NCBI GenBank assembly: GCA_031264185.1
Contig: JAISEL010000035.1
Span: 1 to 64,000 of the forward strand
Length of the DNA stretch: 64,000 bases
Direction of reading: 5' to 3'
DNA from: Deltaproteobacteria bacterium
GTDB taxonomy: Bacteria; Desulfobacterota; Desulfarculia; Adiutricales; Adiutricaceae
This document shows, one piece after another, positions 1 through 10,617 of this stretch (positions within the stretch are counted from its first letter, which is position 1; each line of letters opens with the position of its first letter). Under the pieces are notes generated by a model. It was not told where the DNA came from, searched no databases, and saw only the letters and a program-made list of their open reading frames with translations. A program made the translations under genes and the position numbers.

Positions 1-112
1 GCAATTTCTTCGGGTCGGTGACGTATTTACGCATTGGCATAAGAAAACCCTCTATATGCGTATTATACGTTCTCTTATCTCAATTTTCAAGCATAATTAT
101 TTATGTCGTTTA

Positions 113-217
113 CTATATATCCTGGCGGGACATGAATTCGACCGGGGCGCCGAGAGCATCGCCAATAGCTCCGCCTAACAAGCAATTGGTGCATTTTGAG
201 TAATATTTTTGAGTCAT
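113..217 (-). pseudogene. ADP-ribosylglycohydrolase (ARH/DraG family) N-terminal fragment, truncated after about 34 codons
   Basis: The minus-strand reading from ATG at 217 gives [34 protein letters not shown] followed by stop (TAG = plus-strand 113-115). [16 protein letters not shown] is the characteristic N-terminal metal-site motif of ADP-ribosylglycohydrolases. No continuation of the fold downstream. Confidence 0.4.
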
Positions 218-342
218 TTTTGTTAATTATTGCGTCGAGTCCGCTTGGTTTTGAAATCCATTAAGCTTAGTTTATTTCTGCCGACACAGTTTTATTAAAA
301 ATTCTATTGAGCGTCTTAATTCTTTCGGTGTGAACGTATGGT

Positions 343-1925
343 CTAGCTTGGGATGATCAATAGCGTTTCGGATAAACGTTGGCAGTGTCTCGTATCGTGT
401 ATTTCCATAGCAGTATATTTTTTATGAATTTTTAGATCGTATTCTGGCTGTGATTTAATGTATTCGTCACATGCTTTTACACTGCTGTGGCAATTTTTTC
501 CTTGCAAATAACCATAAAGTTCAATATGATAATCGTTTGATACAATATCAAATGTCAAGTAATTTGTTTCAGCCGATGTAATGCTGGGCAAAGTTGTTGG
601 TGAATCAATACGCTTATATGTAATGACTCTGTTTTCATCTTTAAGAGCAATCACTAAATTCTCATCTGGCCTGTCCAGCGCCGCACGAATAACATATTCA
701 GAATGCGTGGCAAAAAACAGTTGGACTTTTTGAAATCCATTGACAGAAAATAAATTTTTGTAGTAATTGAGAATTTTTCCTGCCACTTTGGATGCATGCT
801 TAATTCAGGTTCATCTATCATAATCACGGTTCCATCAAGGACAGCACTGTTTCTTAAGAGATACGCGCCTCTAAATACTATTTGCTTCTCACCAGTGCTT
901 AGGGAGTCAATTGAAATATCTTTACAGTTCTTGGTTAAAATTATTTGTTTTTGGTCGCCTTTATTTAGGACACGATCGAAGGTTAAATGTTCAAAAAAAC
1001 TGTGAAAAGCCTGTTTTAGCGGTATATTACCACAGCACGAAACACGAAACTCTGAGATGATTAGCTCAAGACCTGTAATATAAACGGTATTACAGCATTC
1101 TCAGAATTAAATGCCGAGGTAATAGTTTAGAATCAGGCTCAAACTGTTCCCAGGGTAAGCCTCTTCCGGGTTTTTCTCTGCTATTAACCCGGCGTATAAT
1201 TATGATATATCAAATACTCATTATTATTTATCTATGATCACGGTATAATAATTTTTTAACCATACTACAAATAGACTATAGAAACTGCATAAATTTTTGA
1301 GTATGCTAAAGACTGAAGAAACAAAGGATAAACTCTTTTGTCATAATTATCCGCCGGGGTAATAAGTAGAGCAAATTCATCATTGTCCTGGCTATCCAAA
1401 TCAACTAGTAATTGTTTTGAAGAGGTAAAGTCATCGCTTTTATCTATGTCATATTTGGTTTTATCTACTTATCTACTTATCTACTTATCTACTTATCTAC
1501 TTATCTATTTGTTGAGTTGTTGTGGATTTTATGGGTTGTGTGTTATAGTTGGCTCTGGCCTTTGAAAAAACACAGCCGCAGTGTCTAATGTCTGTTGGAT
1601 CATTATTTGCCTGGCAGAGACCATCAGTTGCATTTTAAACTTTGATATAACGGAGCCATCACTGTTCTGCTGTTTAAATCTATTTGAATTAGTTGGATCA
1701 GGGGATACTCTATATTTTTCACCGCTTATAATATATATATTCAAATCCTCTTAGAGTCCCTGTAGTCAAGAAGCGACTTAAGGTCTCAAGTACCGTGGTT
1801 TTTTCAGAGCCGTTTTCTCCGGCCAGTATAACGGTGTCAAAGGGCTGTCCGGTTTTTCCGTTTGCAAAACCCAATTCCAAATTGCCCAATATACTGTGGT
1901 TCCACTTTATTTTCGTTATTTTCAT
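343..1925 (-). pseudogene. AAA_21/ABC-like ATPase, disrupted (N-terminal Walker A piece 1719-1925; middle piece about 790-1100 with Walker B; C-terminal piece 343-786 in another frame)
   Basis: ORF 1719-1925(-) contains P-loop GENGSEKTT. The reverse complement of about 796-1100 reads ...LSTGEKQIVFRGAYLLRNSAVLDGTVIMIDEPELSMHPKWQ (ABC-signature-like plus Walker B/D-loop IDEPE..MHP). This is then out of frame with ORF 343-786(-), which carries the typical C-terminal FATHSEYV of AAA_21 ATPases. The intervening 1100-1720 is AT-rich, contains an octamer repeat with stops in all minus frames, and has no intact frame. Confidence 0.6.
1461..1508. repeat. octanucleotide tandem repeat (TTATCTAC) x5 perfect plus 1 variant
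   Basis: Direct reading of 1461-1508: ttatctac repeated head to tail, last unit ttatctat. Confidence 0.9.
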
Positions 1926-2179
1926 GCCCCCTCTGATGGTAGCTTTCTCATGCGCTATTCGTCTCTCGAATTACCGGCGATTCAACCTTTCAGTCTTTTA
2001 CTGGGCAATAGTCACATTTAAGTCTTATAGCTTTAAGACCCCAAGCCCTGACTTATAATCTGTTTAGAAGTTAAATTTGAAAAATATAGCGATATCAAAT
2101 AGTTATAAATCAAATATTTGATAAATCGGCCTGTTTTATGAGTCTATCAATAAATCAAATAAATATTTTTTAAATTTTA

Positions 2180-3775
2180 TTAGCATCCAAAAACGTGTAT
2201 AGTATAATTTTTATATATTTTTTTGTCATAATAGAGTTTATCATTCCATAATTTACCGCTGGGATCAAAAATTACGAGCCAACCTTCTTCTTCTCCGGCC
2301 CGTTCCAAGTACCCGGCTAACTGCTCCAAACTTTCATCAAGCTTAGAGTTTTCTTGGAGCTTGACCTCAATAAGATACTCACGACCCTGATAAATGGCCA
2401 CCAAATCAACCAAGCCCCGGCCCTCGGCATATTCTCTGTGAACTGTAGCCCCGCTATTAACCGCTTTTTGAAAGTAAGAGAGCAGCATAAAGGAGAATGT
2501 GGCTTCATCAAACTTGAGAGCCACTAAATTTTTAAAATGCTTTGGAAATGATTCAGAATTTTTTCTGTAAAACTGCTGAAAAGACGAAAGAAGATCGTTA
2601 ACAAAAAGAACTTTCCCGTCAGTCCACTGCTTTTTAGCAATATTATCATCTAAAGCATACTGGATTTGATCCGTAATGACTCTTGACATGACTTCTTTGT
2701 AAATTTGATTGGCTGGCCTTAATGATTGGTTATCATTTCTAACAACTATACCTAAATCAACACAATATTTCCGGTCGTCATCGTTTAAAGGAGCTGAGCT
2801 TTTAGTTCCGGCAAATACGGCATCCATCACTTTTATGACCCGTGGCTCAGTAAGTTTTTCCAACAGAGAGTCAATATGAGTGTCTCTGCGCTTAATCAAG
2901 GTTTCCGCCGCATTATTAATATGGAGGGCGGTTATTGGAATCGCAAAGTTATTTTTCAAATTATTTACGATTACTTCGTAAGCTAAAGCATTAACCAGCC
3001 AAGGCTGGCCCTCAGACCAATACCAAGCTCGGTCAATAGCGGTCTTCTCAAATACTTGGCCTGACGCCTCAGTGTGCTGCAGATAAAGGGCCTCAATTTC
3101 TTCTGTCGTAAAATTGTTTAAAGTCAAAGAGTCCTTTTTTATGTTAAATGGGCTGGCCAAGCCTCGGGACTCTTCATCAGGTCTTATTCGGAATAAATAA
3201 TCCCTTATGTCGCGCATCCCCACTAAAACGATGGAGTGAGGAAATTTATTGACAGGGTTAGATAAGCGGACATTATAGGCCCGACGAATCTGCCGCAAGA
3301 AAGTGATAAGAGGCGCCTCATAGGAAAGACAATCTGCCTCATCGAAAAACATCACTAATTTTTTATCTAGCTCCCTGCATAATCTATTTAACAAGACTTG
3401 GACCATGGAGCTTTCATCATCCATACCGGGCAATTTATCGTATGTATAAGCTTTTTCGTTAAGAATTTGTAATTCTGAAGAACTTAATGCAACATTAATT
3501 GAAGAAACAAGTCTCTTCATAGATTTATAATCATCATGAATCCCATCTAATAATTCAAGGGAACAGTATAATGCATAATAATCGCCTTTTGTATTAATTT
3601 CATGGGTTAATAGATTTAAGTACGTAGTTTTTCCAGACTGACGAGGCGAGTGGATGACGAAATAGTAGTTACCATCTATAAGGGCCACTACTTCAGACAG
3701 GCGTTCTAAAGGGGGTAATAAATAATGAACACTAGGAAAACAGGGGCCAGCGGTATTGAATGATTTTATTGTCAT
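2180..3775 (-). CDS. AAA-like domain ATPase (AAA_35-type P-loop NTPase) with C-terminal PD-(D/E)xK-like region; AT-rich gene
   Basis: 531-aa intact ORF. The N-terminus FNTAGPCFPSVHYLLP...ALIDGNYYFVIHSPRQSGKTTYL matches the AAA-like domain P-loop (PRQxGKT). The C-terminus GRGLVDLVAIYQGREYLIEVKLQ is a D..(D/E)xK-like motif. The gene is markedly AT-richer than its neighbours. Confidence 0.65.
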   Translation of the reverse strand: MTIKSFNTAGPCFPSVHYLLPPLERLSEVVALIDGNYYFVIHSPRQSGKTTYLNLLTHEINTKGDYYALYCSLELLDGIHDDYKSMKRLVSSINVALSSSELQILNEKAYTYDKLPGMDDESSMVQVLLNRLCRELDKKLVMFFDEADCLSYEAPLITFLRQIRRAYNVRLSNPVNKFPHSIVLVGMRDIRDYLFRIRPDEESRGLASPFNIKKDSLTLNNFTTEEIEALYLQHTEASGQVFEKTAIDRAWYWSEGQPWLVNALAYEVIVNNLKNNFAIPITALHINNAAETLIKRRDTHIDSLLEKLTEPRVIKVMDAVFAGTKSSAPLNDDDRKYCVDLGIVVRNDNQSLRPANQIYKEVMSRVITDQIQYALDDNIAKKQWTDGKVLFVNDLLSSFQQFYRKNSESFPKHFKNLVALKFDEATFSFMLLSYFQKAVNSGATVHREYAEGRGLVDLVAIYQGREYLIEVKLQENSKLDESLEQLAGYLERAGEEEGWLVIFDPSGKLWNDKLYYDKKIYKNYTIHVFGC

Positions 3776-4251
3776 AATGAACTTTTCAGATTATTTAGGA
3801 ATAAAAGGCTGCAATAACGATAATTAAATATAAATATACAATATATGATATAAAAATAATTTAATTTTGTTATGCTTTTGCCAAAAATTTATATCGAAAC
3901 CACTTTATTTTTTTCTAACTACCCAACCCCCGCCCCGGCGGTACCATGGGCTTTAACTCCCAAGCAATCAGGCTCCTGAATTTAGATATCCCGCTATACC
4001 GCGCTCATCTGTGCATTTACCTTCAGTTTTACGTTCTCTTGTTTTCCATGTACAACATATCCTAAGTCGTCAGAACCAGGTGCTTTGGTTAGGTTAGATG
4101 ATAAAACTCCCCACCAGCTTTGGCAGGGTGTTTTGCGATTTTATGACTGGTTGTTTCTGTACCTTATAGGCTGCGACAACCTCGAATTTTTGATTGATTT
4201 GTTAAATTACAGAACTCATACCCGATTTTATTTTAAGACTGGAGGCTTAAT

Positions 4252-5600
4252 ATGTCAACTTTAGTCAATTCCGCGCATCCGTCGTATAAGGACCGCCCGA
4301 CGTCCCTGGGATTGATATTGGGTTCAGGTTACATTTTGAGGCTGGGCCGGAAGGCGGACCGGCCCCTCTGTGTCATGGAGTTTTCCGTTGAGATCCGAGG
4401 TCTGGTAAAATGGTTGACTTTTTATGCTCTCACAATGTTAACTTGGCGGCCATGGAAGCAATAAGTATTTACTTGGGTGCACAGTTTAAGCATCTGGAAG
4501 GTGCTGGTTTTGAGGTTCTGTTCTCAAATCACCGCTCTCTTAAGTGGATTCCGGGCCTAAAGACCGACGTAAAAGACATCAATAGATTAGGGACATTAGG
4601 CCTCATGATTTTGGTGAGACATCCCTTATGCCGGCCAATGGCATGGTGGGTTTCATGGAACCTGTTCGGATGCGTCAACGTCCAGTTCAGGACAGCTCAA
4701 GTGATTTCAGTCAAACGATTAAAATACGCTGACTGATGAATTTAGCCTGAAAGTGGCTGTTACTGACATTACCGAACTAAATCGGTAAGTACCATTGGCA
4801 CTATTTTGAACGGAGGAAGGAACCTTTAGGCTAGCCAGTTTAATGGACTGTTATTGCAAAAAAGACGAAAAGACCATAGCCGTCTGTCTTGATGGTGTTC
4901 ACGTCTTTTCATTTTGTTTTTCAGCTAAAGCATACCACCTAAATTCCAGGAAAATTATAAACCTACAGCTTAAAAATTTAGTGTGGTAACGGTTTACAAG
5001 ACACTTTAAATTAAATTATTTCTTTGCTGCTTTGTTAATGGCCTAAATATATTGAATCCAATAATCCCGAACCTTCGGCTATTTTCGTAGAAATGTGTAT
5101 CTGCCTAGCCGCAGAAATTAATGTCATATTTTAGATTTGCAGGTTAAAATTTTTTAACCTGCAAAACGTCATTTGCCAACCATCAATTATCCTTTATATT
5201 TATGTTTTATTCCAATTTATGCATAAAAGTAGGTTAAAAAAGTCCGGGATTTTAGGATACCAAAATTCAGTATCGGATCAAATGTATCCAAATGGCCGAA
5301 ATTGAAGATGAAATTTGCTGGATGCTTCAAAGATCTTTCTAAAGAGCTTCACAGCGACGAAAGTCAGGAAAGTAGTATTAAAGACCTGGTCAATTTGATT
5401 CGAGCCATAACTCCCAATAATGAGTGAAGGAGTTGGCAGGAAAACCATTCTGGCAATTTTGACTGAAGTCGGCACTGATATAAGTAAGTGGCATAATGTC
5501 AAACATTTCTGCTCCTGGCTGGGACTATGTCCAGCAAATAAACAGTAAAGCCAGTGGTGGAAAATACCTCAATAAGCGTCACCAGGAAGGAGAACAGTAA
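4252..5600 (+). mobile_element. IS110-family transposase remnant (pseudogene; N-terminal DEDD-type domain about 4252-4740, C-terminal Transposase_20-like domain about 5390-5600, multiple frameshifts and stops)
   Basis: In 4252-4740 different frames read VPGIDIG... and MEAISIYLGAQFKHLEGAGFEVLFSNHRSLKWIPGLKTDVKDINRLGTLGLMILVRHP (compare IS110 N-domain ...GFEVLLVNPRHVK..PGRKTDVKDAEW...LLRHGLL). In 5390-5600: SEGVGRKTILAILTEVGTDISKWHNVKHFCSWLGLCPANKQ / SGGKYLNKRHQEGEQ (Transposase_20 motifs, frameshifted). SD GGAGG lies 9 nt before ATG 4252. Confidence 0.55.
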
Positions 5601-6742
5601 CTTTTCTGGGCTTTACGGAGGCGGCGCTCTTGAAGGATTTCCAAAAGTGCTTTAGGCTGTTTTTCAGAAAGATGCGATACCATATGATATTTGACCAGGA
5701 ATCTGGCTTGGAGGGGGTTGGGGATCTTTCTGAATAACAGCGGGGTAATTAACAATTGTGCCATCTTTGGTCTGGGATAGGTGGCAAAAGTGGAAATTTG
5801 AAACGTGTTATTTTAAGTTTCATCTTATAAACAAAAAAAGACAATCAAAGTTCGCGACCGATGGCTACCTCAGATGTTGGCCAGGGTGACTGACTGCGGA
5901 TGGTCGCAGGGAATCATCTCGGGAGGGAGTAAATATGCGGTGATTTGTTCCAACCAGGATTAAAAGTTCCCTGGACTTTGGTCGGCTCCGGCCGAAGCCG
6001 CAGGCCAGTTTCGGATGGCAAAACTTAGAAATATGCCAAAGTTGTCCAGGGACCCTGAAAATCTATAGTACATCGTAAAATGGACCGCTAATTTATTTGG
6101 GATTTTTAGCCAATCACTTGAAAAGACCTTTGGGTTTAAGGTTTTTTTGGTCGGCCGGTCATCAGGGCCTTTATTTCGGCTTTATGTTGAGGTTTTAGCC
6201 GTAGGTTCCGACCGAATGTCTGACCGGAGTCTTGAAAAGACAGTTTTTATTTCCGAATTTGAAAATTTGCTCAATTACTCAGGGAAATTTGGGTATGATC
6301 TGTTGAACAGCTTTCCGGTGCGGTTGAATTTCTTATATTTTATTATGAAATAGTTAAATATTTGAGGATATAAAGCGGCTTGACGGTCTTTGACTGACAT
6401 CGGCGAGGCGGTTCAATGAAGATAAAAATTTTCGAGAAAAGCTTAAATAAACTGGGGAAGGAAAAAATTATCCGGCGACCGTTCTTTTAATTTTGCCTTA
6501 TTTGATTTTGTAATTGCAAATAAAACTAATTTTATACATTTTTTTATTATTTATAAGAATAATTATTTGAGCATTATGAAAGGCTGCAAATAAGTATTTT
6601 GGTCATAAAGCAAGCGTAAAGGTTAATTTTAGGATTATTTGTATGTTAACAACGTTTAATTGTTTTCAAAATAAGAGCACAAAACTGTCAAAAAAAAAGT
6701 AAAAAAAAAGTCTAAAAATTTAGGTTCTGGCAAAAATTTAGC

Positions 6743-6771
6743 TTGACAAAGACTAAGGACCTAATTATACT
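6743..6771 (+). promoter_or_regulatory. sigma70-like promoter (TTGACA - 17 nt - TATACT) upstream of the Fe-ADH gene
   Basis: Exact consensus -35 TTGACA (6743-6748), 17-nt spacer, -10 TATACT (6766-6771), about 195 nt upstream of ATG 6968. AGGAGG SD at 6953-6958. Confidence 0.4.
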
Positions 6772-6967
6772 GTCTTTACAGCCTTTAAAAAATATACAAA
6801 CTTTGGTTTTACTCGCTAGCGTGTGGCTGATTGCCTACTAAAAAATTTGAGCGATTTTTCATCTTTTGTTGATGGGATTTGGTTTGAGTTTTGTTTGGTA
6901 CAACACCGTTCTATCAACGGCATCGTTGCCGTTTTTCTCTAACTGCTTTTGCTAAGGAGGCAAAGTA

Positions 6968-8134
6968 ATGGCCCGTTTTACTATTCCGCGCGACATCTAT
7001 TTCGGCCCTGACGCCATTGACAGTCTGACCACCCTTAAGGGCTCCAAAGCCATCGTCTGCTGCGGTGGCAGTGCCATGAAGAAACAGGGTATCCTTGACA
7101 AGGTATGCAACAACTTGAAAAAGGCCGGCTTTCAGGTTGAGACCTTCGAAAACATCGAACCCGATCCCTCCATTGAGACCGTCATGAAGGGCGCGGATAA
7201 AATGAGGGCATTCGGTCCGGACTGGATCGTGGCTCTGGGCGGCGGCTCGCCCATTGATGCAGCCAAGTGTATGTGGATATTCTATGAGTATCCGGATTCA
7301 AAATTTGAAGAGGTCGCCAAACCCTTCAACGTTCCGACCCTCCGCACAAAGGCTAAATTCTGCGCCATTTCCTCCACCTCCGGGACCGCGACCGAAGTGA
7401 CCGCTTTCTCGGTCGTTACTGATTACAAGACCCTGATTAAGTATCCTCTGGCTGACTACACCCTTACTCCCGATGTCGCCATCGTCGATCCCGAACCCCC
7501 GAAGGGTATGCCCGCTCTGCTGGTTTCCCACACTGGTATGGACGCTCTGACTCACGCTATCGAAGCTTATGTAGCCGGCTGGCATTCCCCCTTCTCTGAT
7601 TGCAACGCTCTGATGGCTGTTGATATGATCAACACCCATCTGTTAAAGTCCTATCAGGGCAATATGGCTTCCCGTGAGCAAATGCATTATGCTCAGTGTT
7701 TAGCCGGTATTGCTTTCACCAACGCACTGTTGGGTATCGTTCACTCCATGGCCCATAAGACCGGCGCTGTGTGGAAGATCCCGCACGGTCTGGCCAACGC
7801 CATCTATCTGCCTTTCGTTATTCAGTTCAACGCCAAGGTCTGCAAAGAGCGTTTCGCGACTATCGCCCGCTATATCAAGATCGACGGCACCAATGACGAA
7901 TATTTGGCCGACGCTCTGGCCCAGCACGTCAAAGACCTGAACTGCAAGCTGAACATTAAGCAAACCCTCAAAGAGAACGGCGTTGACAAGGCCGACTTTG
8001 ATGCCAAGATCCGTCAGATCTCCGAACGCGCTCTGGAAGATGCCTGCACCGGCTCCAACCCCAGGCCCATCAGCGTCGATGAGATGGAAAGACTGTTCCG
8101 GTACATTTATGAAGGCAAGAACGTTGATTTCTAA
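6968..8134 (+). CDS. iron-containing alcohol dehydrogenase (Fe-ADH family; DhaT/FucO/AdhII-like)
   Basis: 388 aa. GGGSPIDAAK NAD/metal motif and conserved His-rich region HSMAHK, DALTHAIEAY. Length and motif order are typical of group III Fe-ADHs. Confidence 0.93.
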   Translation: MARFTIPRDIYFGPDAIDSLTTLKGSKAIVCCGGSAMKKQGILDKVCNNLKKAGFQVETFENIEPDPSIETVMKGADKMRAFGPDWIVALGGGSPIDAAKCMWIFYEYPDSKFEEVAKPFNVPTLRTKAKFCAISSTSGTATEVTAFSVVTDYKTLIKYPLADYTLTPDVAIVDPEPPKGMPALLVSHTGMDALTHAIEAYVAGWHSPFSDCNALMAVDMINTHLLKSYQGNMASREQMHYAQCLAGIAFTNALLGIVHSMAHKTGAVWKIPHGLANAIYLPFVIQFNAKVCKERFATIARYIKIDGTNDEYLADALAQHVKDLNCKLNIKQTLKENGVDKADFDAKIRQISERALEDACTGSNPRPISVDEMERLFRYIYEGKNVDF

Positions 8135-8161
8135 TCAACTTTAAGGCCTTTTTTCCTGAAA

Positions 8162-8198
8162 GGATCGTGATCATATATGGTCGCGGTCCTTTTTTTTG
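8162..8198 (+). terminator. putative rho-independent terminator after the Fe-ADH gene
   Basis: ggatcgtgatcat / atggtcgcggtcc form a 13-bp stem (with G-U wobbles) followed by T7-8 at 8190-8197. Confidence 0.4.
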
Positions 8199-8678
8199 TC
8201 CACTGAAGTAGATCTAAATCCCAGGCCCCAAAATATCCTGAGGCATTAATAAGATGTCCGAAAATTTTGGAAAATAAATCAATTGACCATAAGGCCTTGT
8301 TTTAGCGGTTGTCGTCGGTAAAACTCCTCGAATGTTGGCTTTAAATCAAAATAGATGCTATTTTAAGATTATAGTTCAAATAAAATGAGTATTATTGTAT
8401 ATCTATATCTATATCTATATACTCTAAAAACCATCGGAAAGACCATGGTCGTTCCAAATTTTTGCTCACAGGTTTTGGAAATTAAGTTGATTTAATTAAA
8501 TACTGTAAATCCCCGAGTTTTTTTCTAACCAGAAGGCAGGTTGGTGACCTGGAACTCGAAGTTTTCGTTAAAAATCCTTGAAATTGCCTGCCAGTTAGCC
8601 AATAATATGAGCCATTAATTCCGGCCGCCCTGGGGCCGCTGTTTAGAATTTTTATTTTTTAAAAATACAGGTTTTAAG

Positions 8679-10331
8679 ATGGGTAGCAAATTTCGCGCCG
8701 TCATCTGGTCGGTTTTGGGCTGGGCCTTTTTTTTATCACTTCTGTCAGTCATCCCGGCGATTGGTCAGGAACAGCCCGAAGCCGATAAACCGGAGGCAGC
8801 CCAGAAAGAGATTGAGGCCGAAAGTCCGCCTCCGGCTTTTACTTTAGAGCAGGTGGAACATATGGCCAGGAATCTGGCCGAGCGGCCTTTTCTGGCCCAG
8901 AGTCAGGCAAAGGTTGATTTTGTCCGCAATAATTTGGGCGAGAGCGTTTTTAAGGAGATCACTTTTAAAGACAGTGACCGTCTGTGGCCGGGGGAAGGTT
9001 TTTTTGAGGTAGGCTTCCTCCATCCCGGCTCGGTTTACGATCAGACGGTTTTTATTAATGTGGTGGACGAGGGCAAGGTTCTCCCGGTTCCTTTTCGACC
9101 GAACCTGTTTAATTACCCCGATCCCTCTCTGCCGGTCCGGGTGGCCGAAAACACTTTGGGGTTTTCCGGCTTTGTCCTTTATTTTCCTGGTCAGAATTTC
9201 GAGGTTAAGGAAAAGGGCGTTGTTTTTCAGGGGGCCAGTAATTTTCAAGCCATGGCACGCCAGGCTGATTTAGGACTGGCTTCCCGTGGTCTGATAATCG
9301 ATCCGGCTTTGCCAGAAGGCGAGCAGTATCCCTATTTTCGGCAGTTCTGGCTGGTAAAGCCCAAACCCGAAGACCGGGAGATGACTGTCTACGCTTTATT
9401 GGATGCGTCCGGTCTGACCGGGGCTTTTGAGTTTATTATTAAACCTGGCACGTCTACGGTCATGGAGGTCTCGGCGGTTCTCTTTTCCCGGCCAGGCCAA
9501 CCGTGGCCCCGGAAACTGGGTCTGGCTCCGGTCAGCGGCATGTATCTCTTTTCGGAAAAAGAAAACGGCTCTCCTTACGACTGGCGGCCCGAGGTCCACA
9601 GCGCGGACGCCTTAATCTACTCAACCGACAGTGAAACCTGGTTTCATAGGCCTTTAAGTAATCCCCGCAGGCTAATGTCTACTTTTTTTAAAGATATGCC
9701 CCTGACCGGCTACGGCCTGATCCAGAAAGACGAAAAATTTGATCATTATCAGGACATCGGAGCCCGCTACGAAAGGCGGGCCTGGGCCTTTGTGGAACCG
9801 GGGCAGGGCTTCGGCTCGGGCCACTTGGAACTTCTTGAGATCCCCAGTTCCAGGGAGATCCACGAAAATATCCAGGCTTTCTGGGTCAGGGACATGAGTG
9901 CCCATAGCGGGTCCAGAGAACTCAGATACGATTATAAGCTATACTGGACGCCCCCCGGCAGCACGCCGCACCAACTGGGCCGGGTCGTGGCCAATCGGCT
10001 TTTAATTAATGCTAATCCGGAAACAGCCGAATTTATTGTTGATTTTGAGAGCGACTCACTAAACGCTCTGTCCGGTGAGACAGGACTGGCCAGTCAGGTT
10101 GAACCGGAAGGCAATTTTCCGGTCCTGGAAAAACGGCTGTTTAAAAATCCGGTCACTGGCGGATGGCGCCTGAGATTTAAGGTCCGTTCACCTCAGGGCG
10201 GCGGCATGGTAGATACTTTACTGACCGGCCGGGACGAAAACCGGCGGTATCCCCGGATCAGGGCCCGCTTAGTCAGAGGCGAAAACCTGCCCGAACCTTT
10301 GACCGAGACATTTATCTATGATTTTCAGTAA
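8679..10331 (+). CDS. opgG: periplasmic glucan biosynthesis protein G (OpgG/MdoG family)
   Basis: 550 aa with N-terminal signal peptide (MGSKFRAVIWSVLGWAFFLSLLSVIPAIG). Overall similarity by eye to MdoG. Immediately upstream of an MdoH-type GT2 gene. Confidence 0.8.
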   Translation: MGSKFRAVIWSVLGWAFFLSLLSVIPAIGQEQPEADKPEAAQKEIEAESPPPAFTLEQVEHMARNLAERPFLAQSQAKVDFVRNNLGESVFKEITFKDSDRLWPGEGFFEVGFLHPGSVYDQTVFINVVDEGKVLPVPFRPNLFNYPDPSLPVRVAENTLGFSGFVLYFPGQNFEVKEKGVVFQGASNFQAMARQADLGLASRGLIIDPALPEGEQYPYFRQFWLVKPKPEDREMTVYALLDASGLTGAFEFIIKPGTSTVMEVSAVLFSRPGQPWPRKLGLAPVSGMYLFSEKENGSPYDWRPEVHSADALIYSTDSETWFHRPLSNPRRLMSTFFKDMPLTGYGLIQKDEKFDHYQDIGARYERRAWAFVEPGQGFGSGHLELLEIPSSREIHENIQAFWVRDMSAHSGSRELRYDYKLYWTPPGSTPHQLGRVVANRLLINANPETAEFIVDFESDSLNALSGETGLASQVEPEGNFPVLEKRLFKNPVTGGWRLRFKVRSPQGGGMVDTLLTGRDENRRYPRIRARLVRGENLPEPLTETFIYDFQ

Positions 10332-10611
10332 ACGGTTGGCCATGCCTGAATGTCAGGGACATATGTTTTACCGTCGGCTCCTGCTTTACCTGGAGATCTT
10401 GGGCGTCTCTCCGGCCGAAAGTCTGGCCATCAGCCAGAAAATTTCAGGCCGAAAGCCGGTTGCTCTGTCTCAGGTTATGTCCATGCTGAAAGAGTATATG
10501 CCTCCCAGGCAGGAACCGGTTTATCCGACGTCCGCGCCTCCTTTAAACAGGCAGCCGATGGTTACCGATAAACTGTCCGCCAGTGATTTTTTTAATGATC
10601 TTGAACTGTGA
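10318..10611 (+). CDS. hypothetical 97-aa protein, translationally coupled between opgG and opgH
   Basis: ORF overlaps the opgG stop by 14 nt and ends 6 nt before the opgH start. No recognisable motif. Coding status is inferred from the tight operon fit only. Confidence 0.35.
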   Translation: MIFSKRLAMPECQGHMFYRRLLLYLEILGVSPAESLAISQKISGRKPVALSQVMSMLKEYMPPRQEPVYPTSAPPLNRQPMVTDKLSASDFFNDLEL

Positions 10612-10617
10612 TTATTA

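Noticed and set aside
1461-1508. Possible CRISPR array (1461-1508, 8399-8424)
   Set aside because: These are short direct microsatellites (8-nt and 6-nt units) without spacers. No cas genes. Not CRISPR.
1383-1565. ORF 1383-1565(+) reading LSTYLLIYLSTYLLIY through the octamer repeat
   Set aside because: Its open frame is a by-product of the stop-free orientation of the TTATCTAC repeat. No SD and no homology.
5579-5764. 61-aa ORF on minus strand (5579-5764)
   Set aside because: It lies antisense to the IS110 transposase C-terminal fragment and is likely non-coding.
7298-7963. ORFs 7298-7639(-), 7700-7963(-) and 7710-7940(+) overlapping the Fe-ADH gene
   Set aside because: Alternative-frame artefacts within a well-supported CDS.
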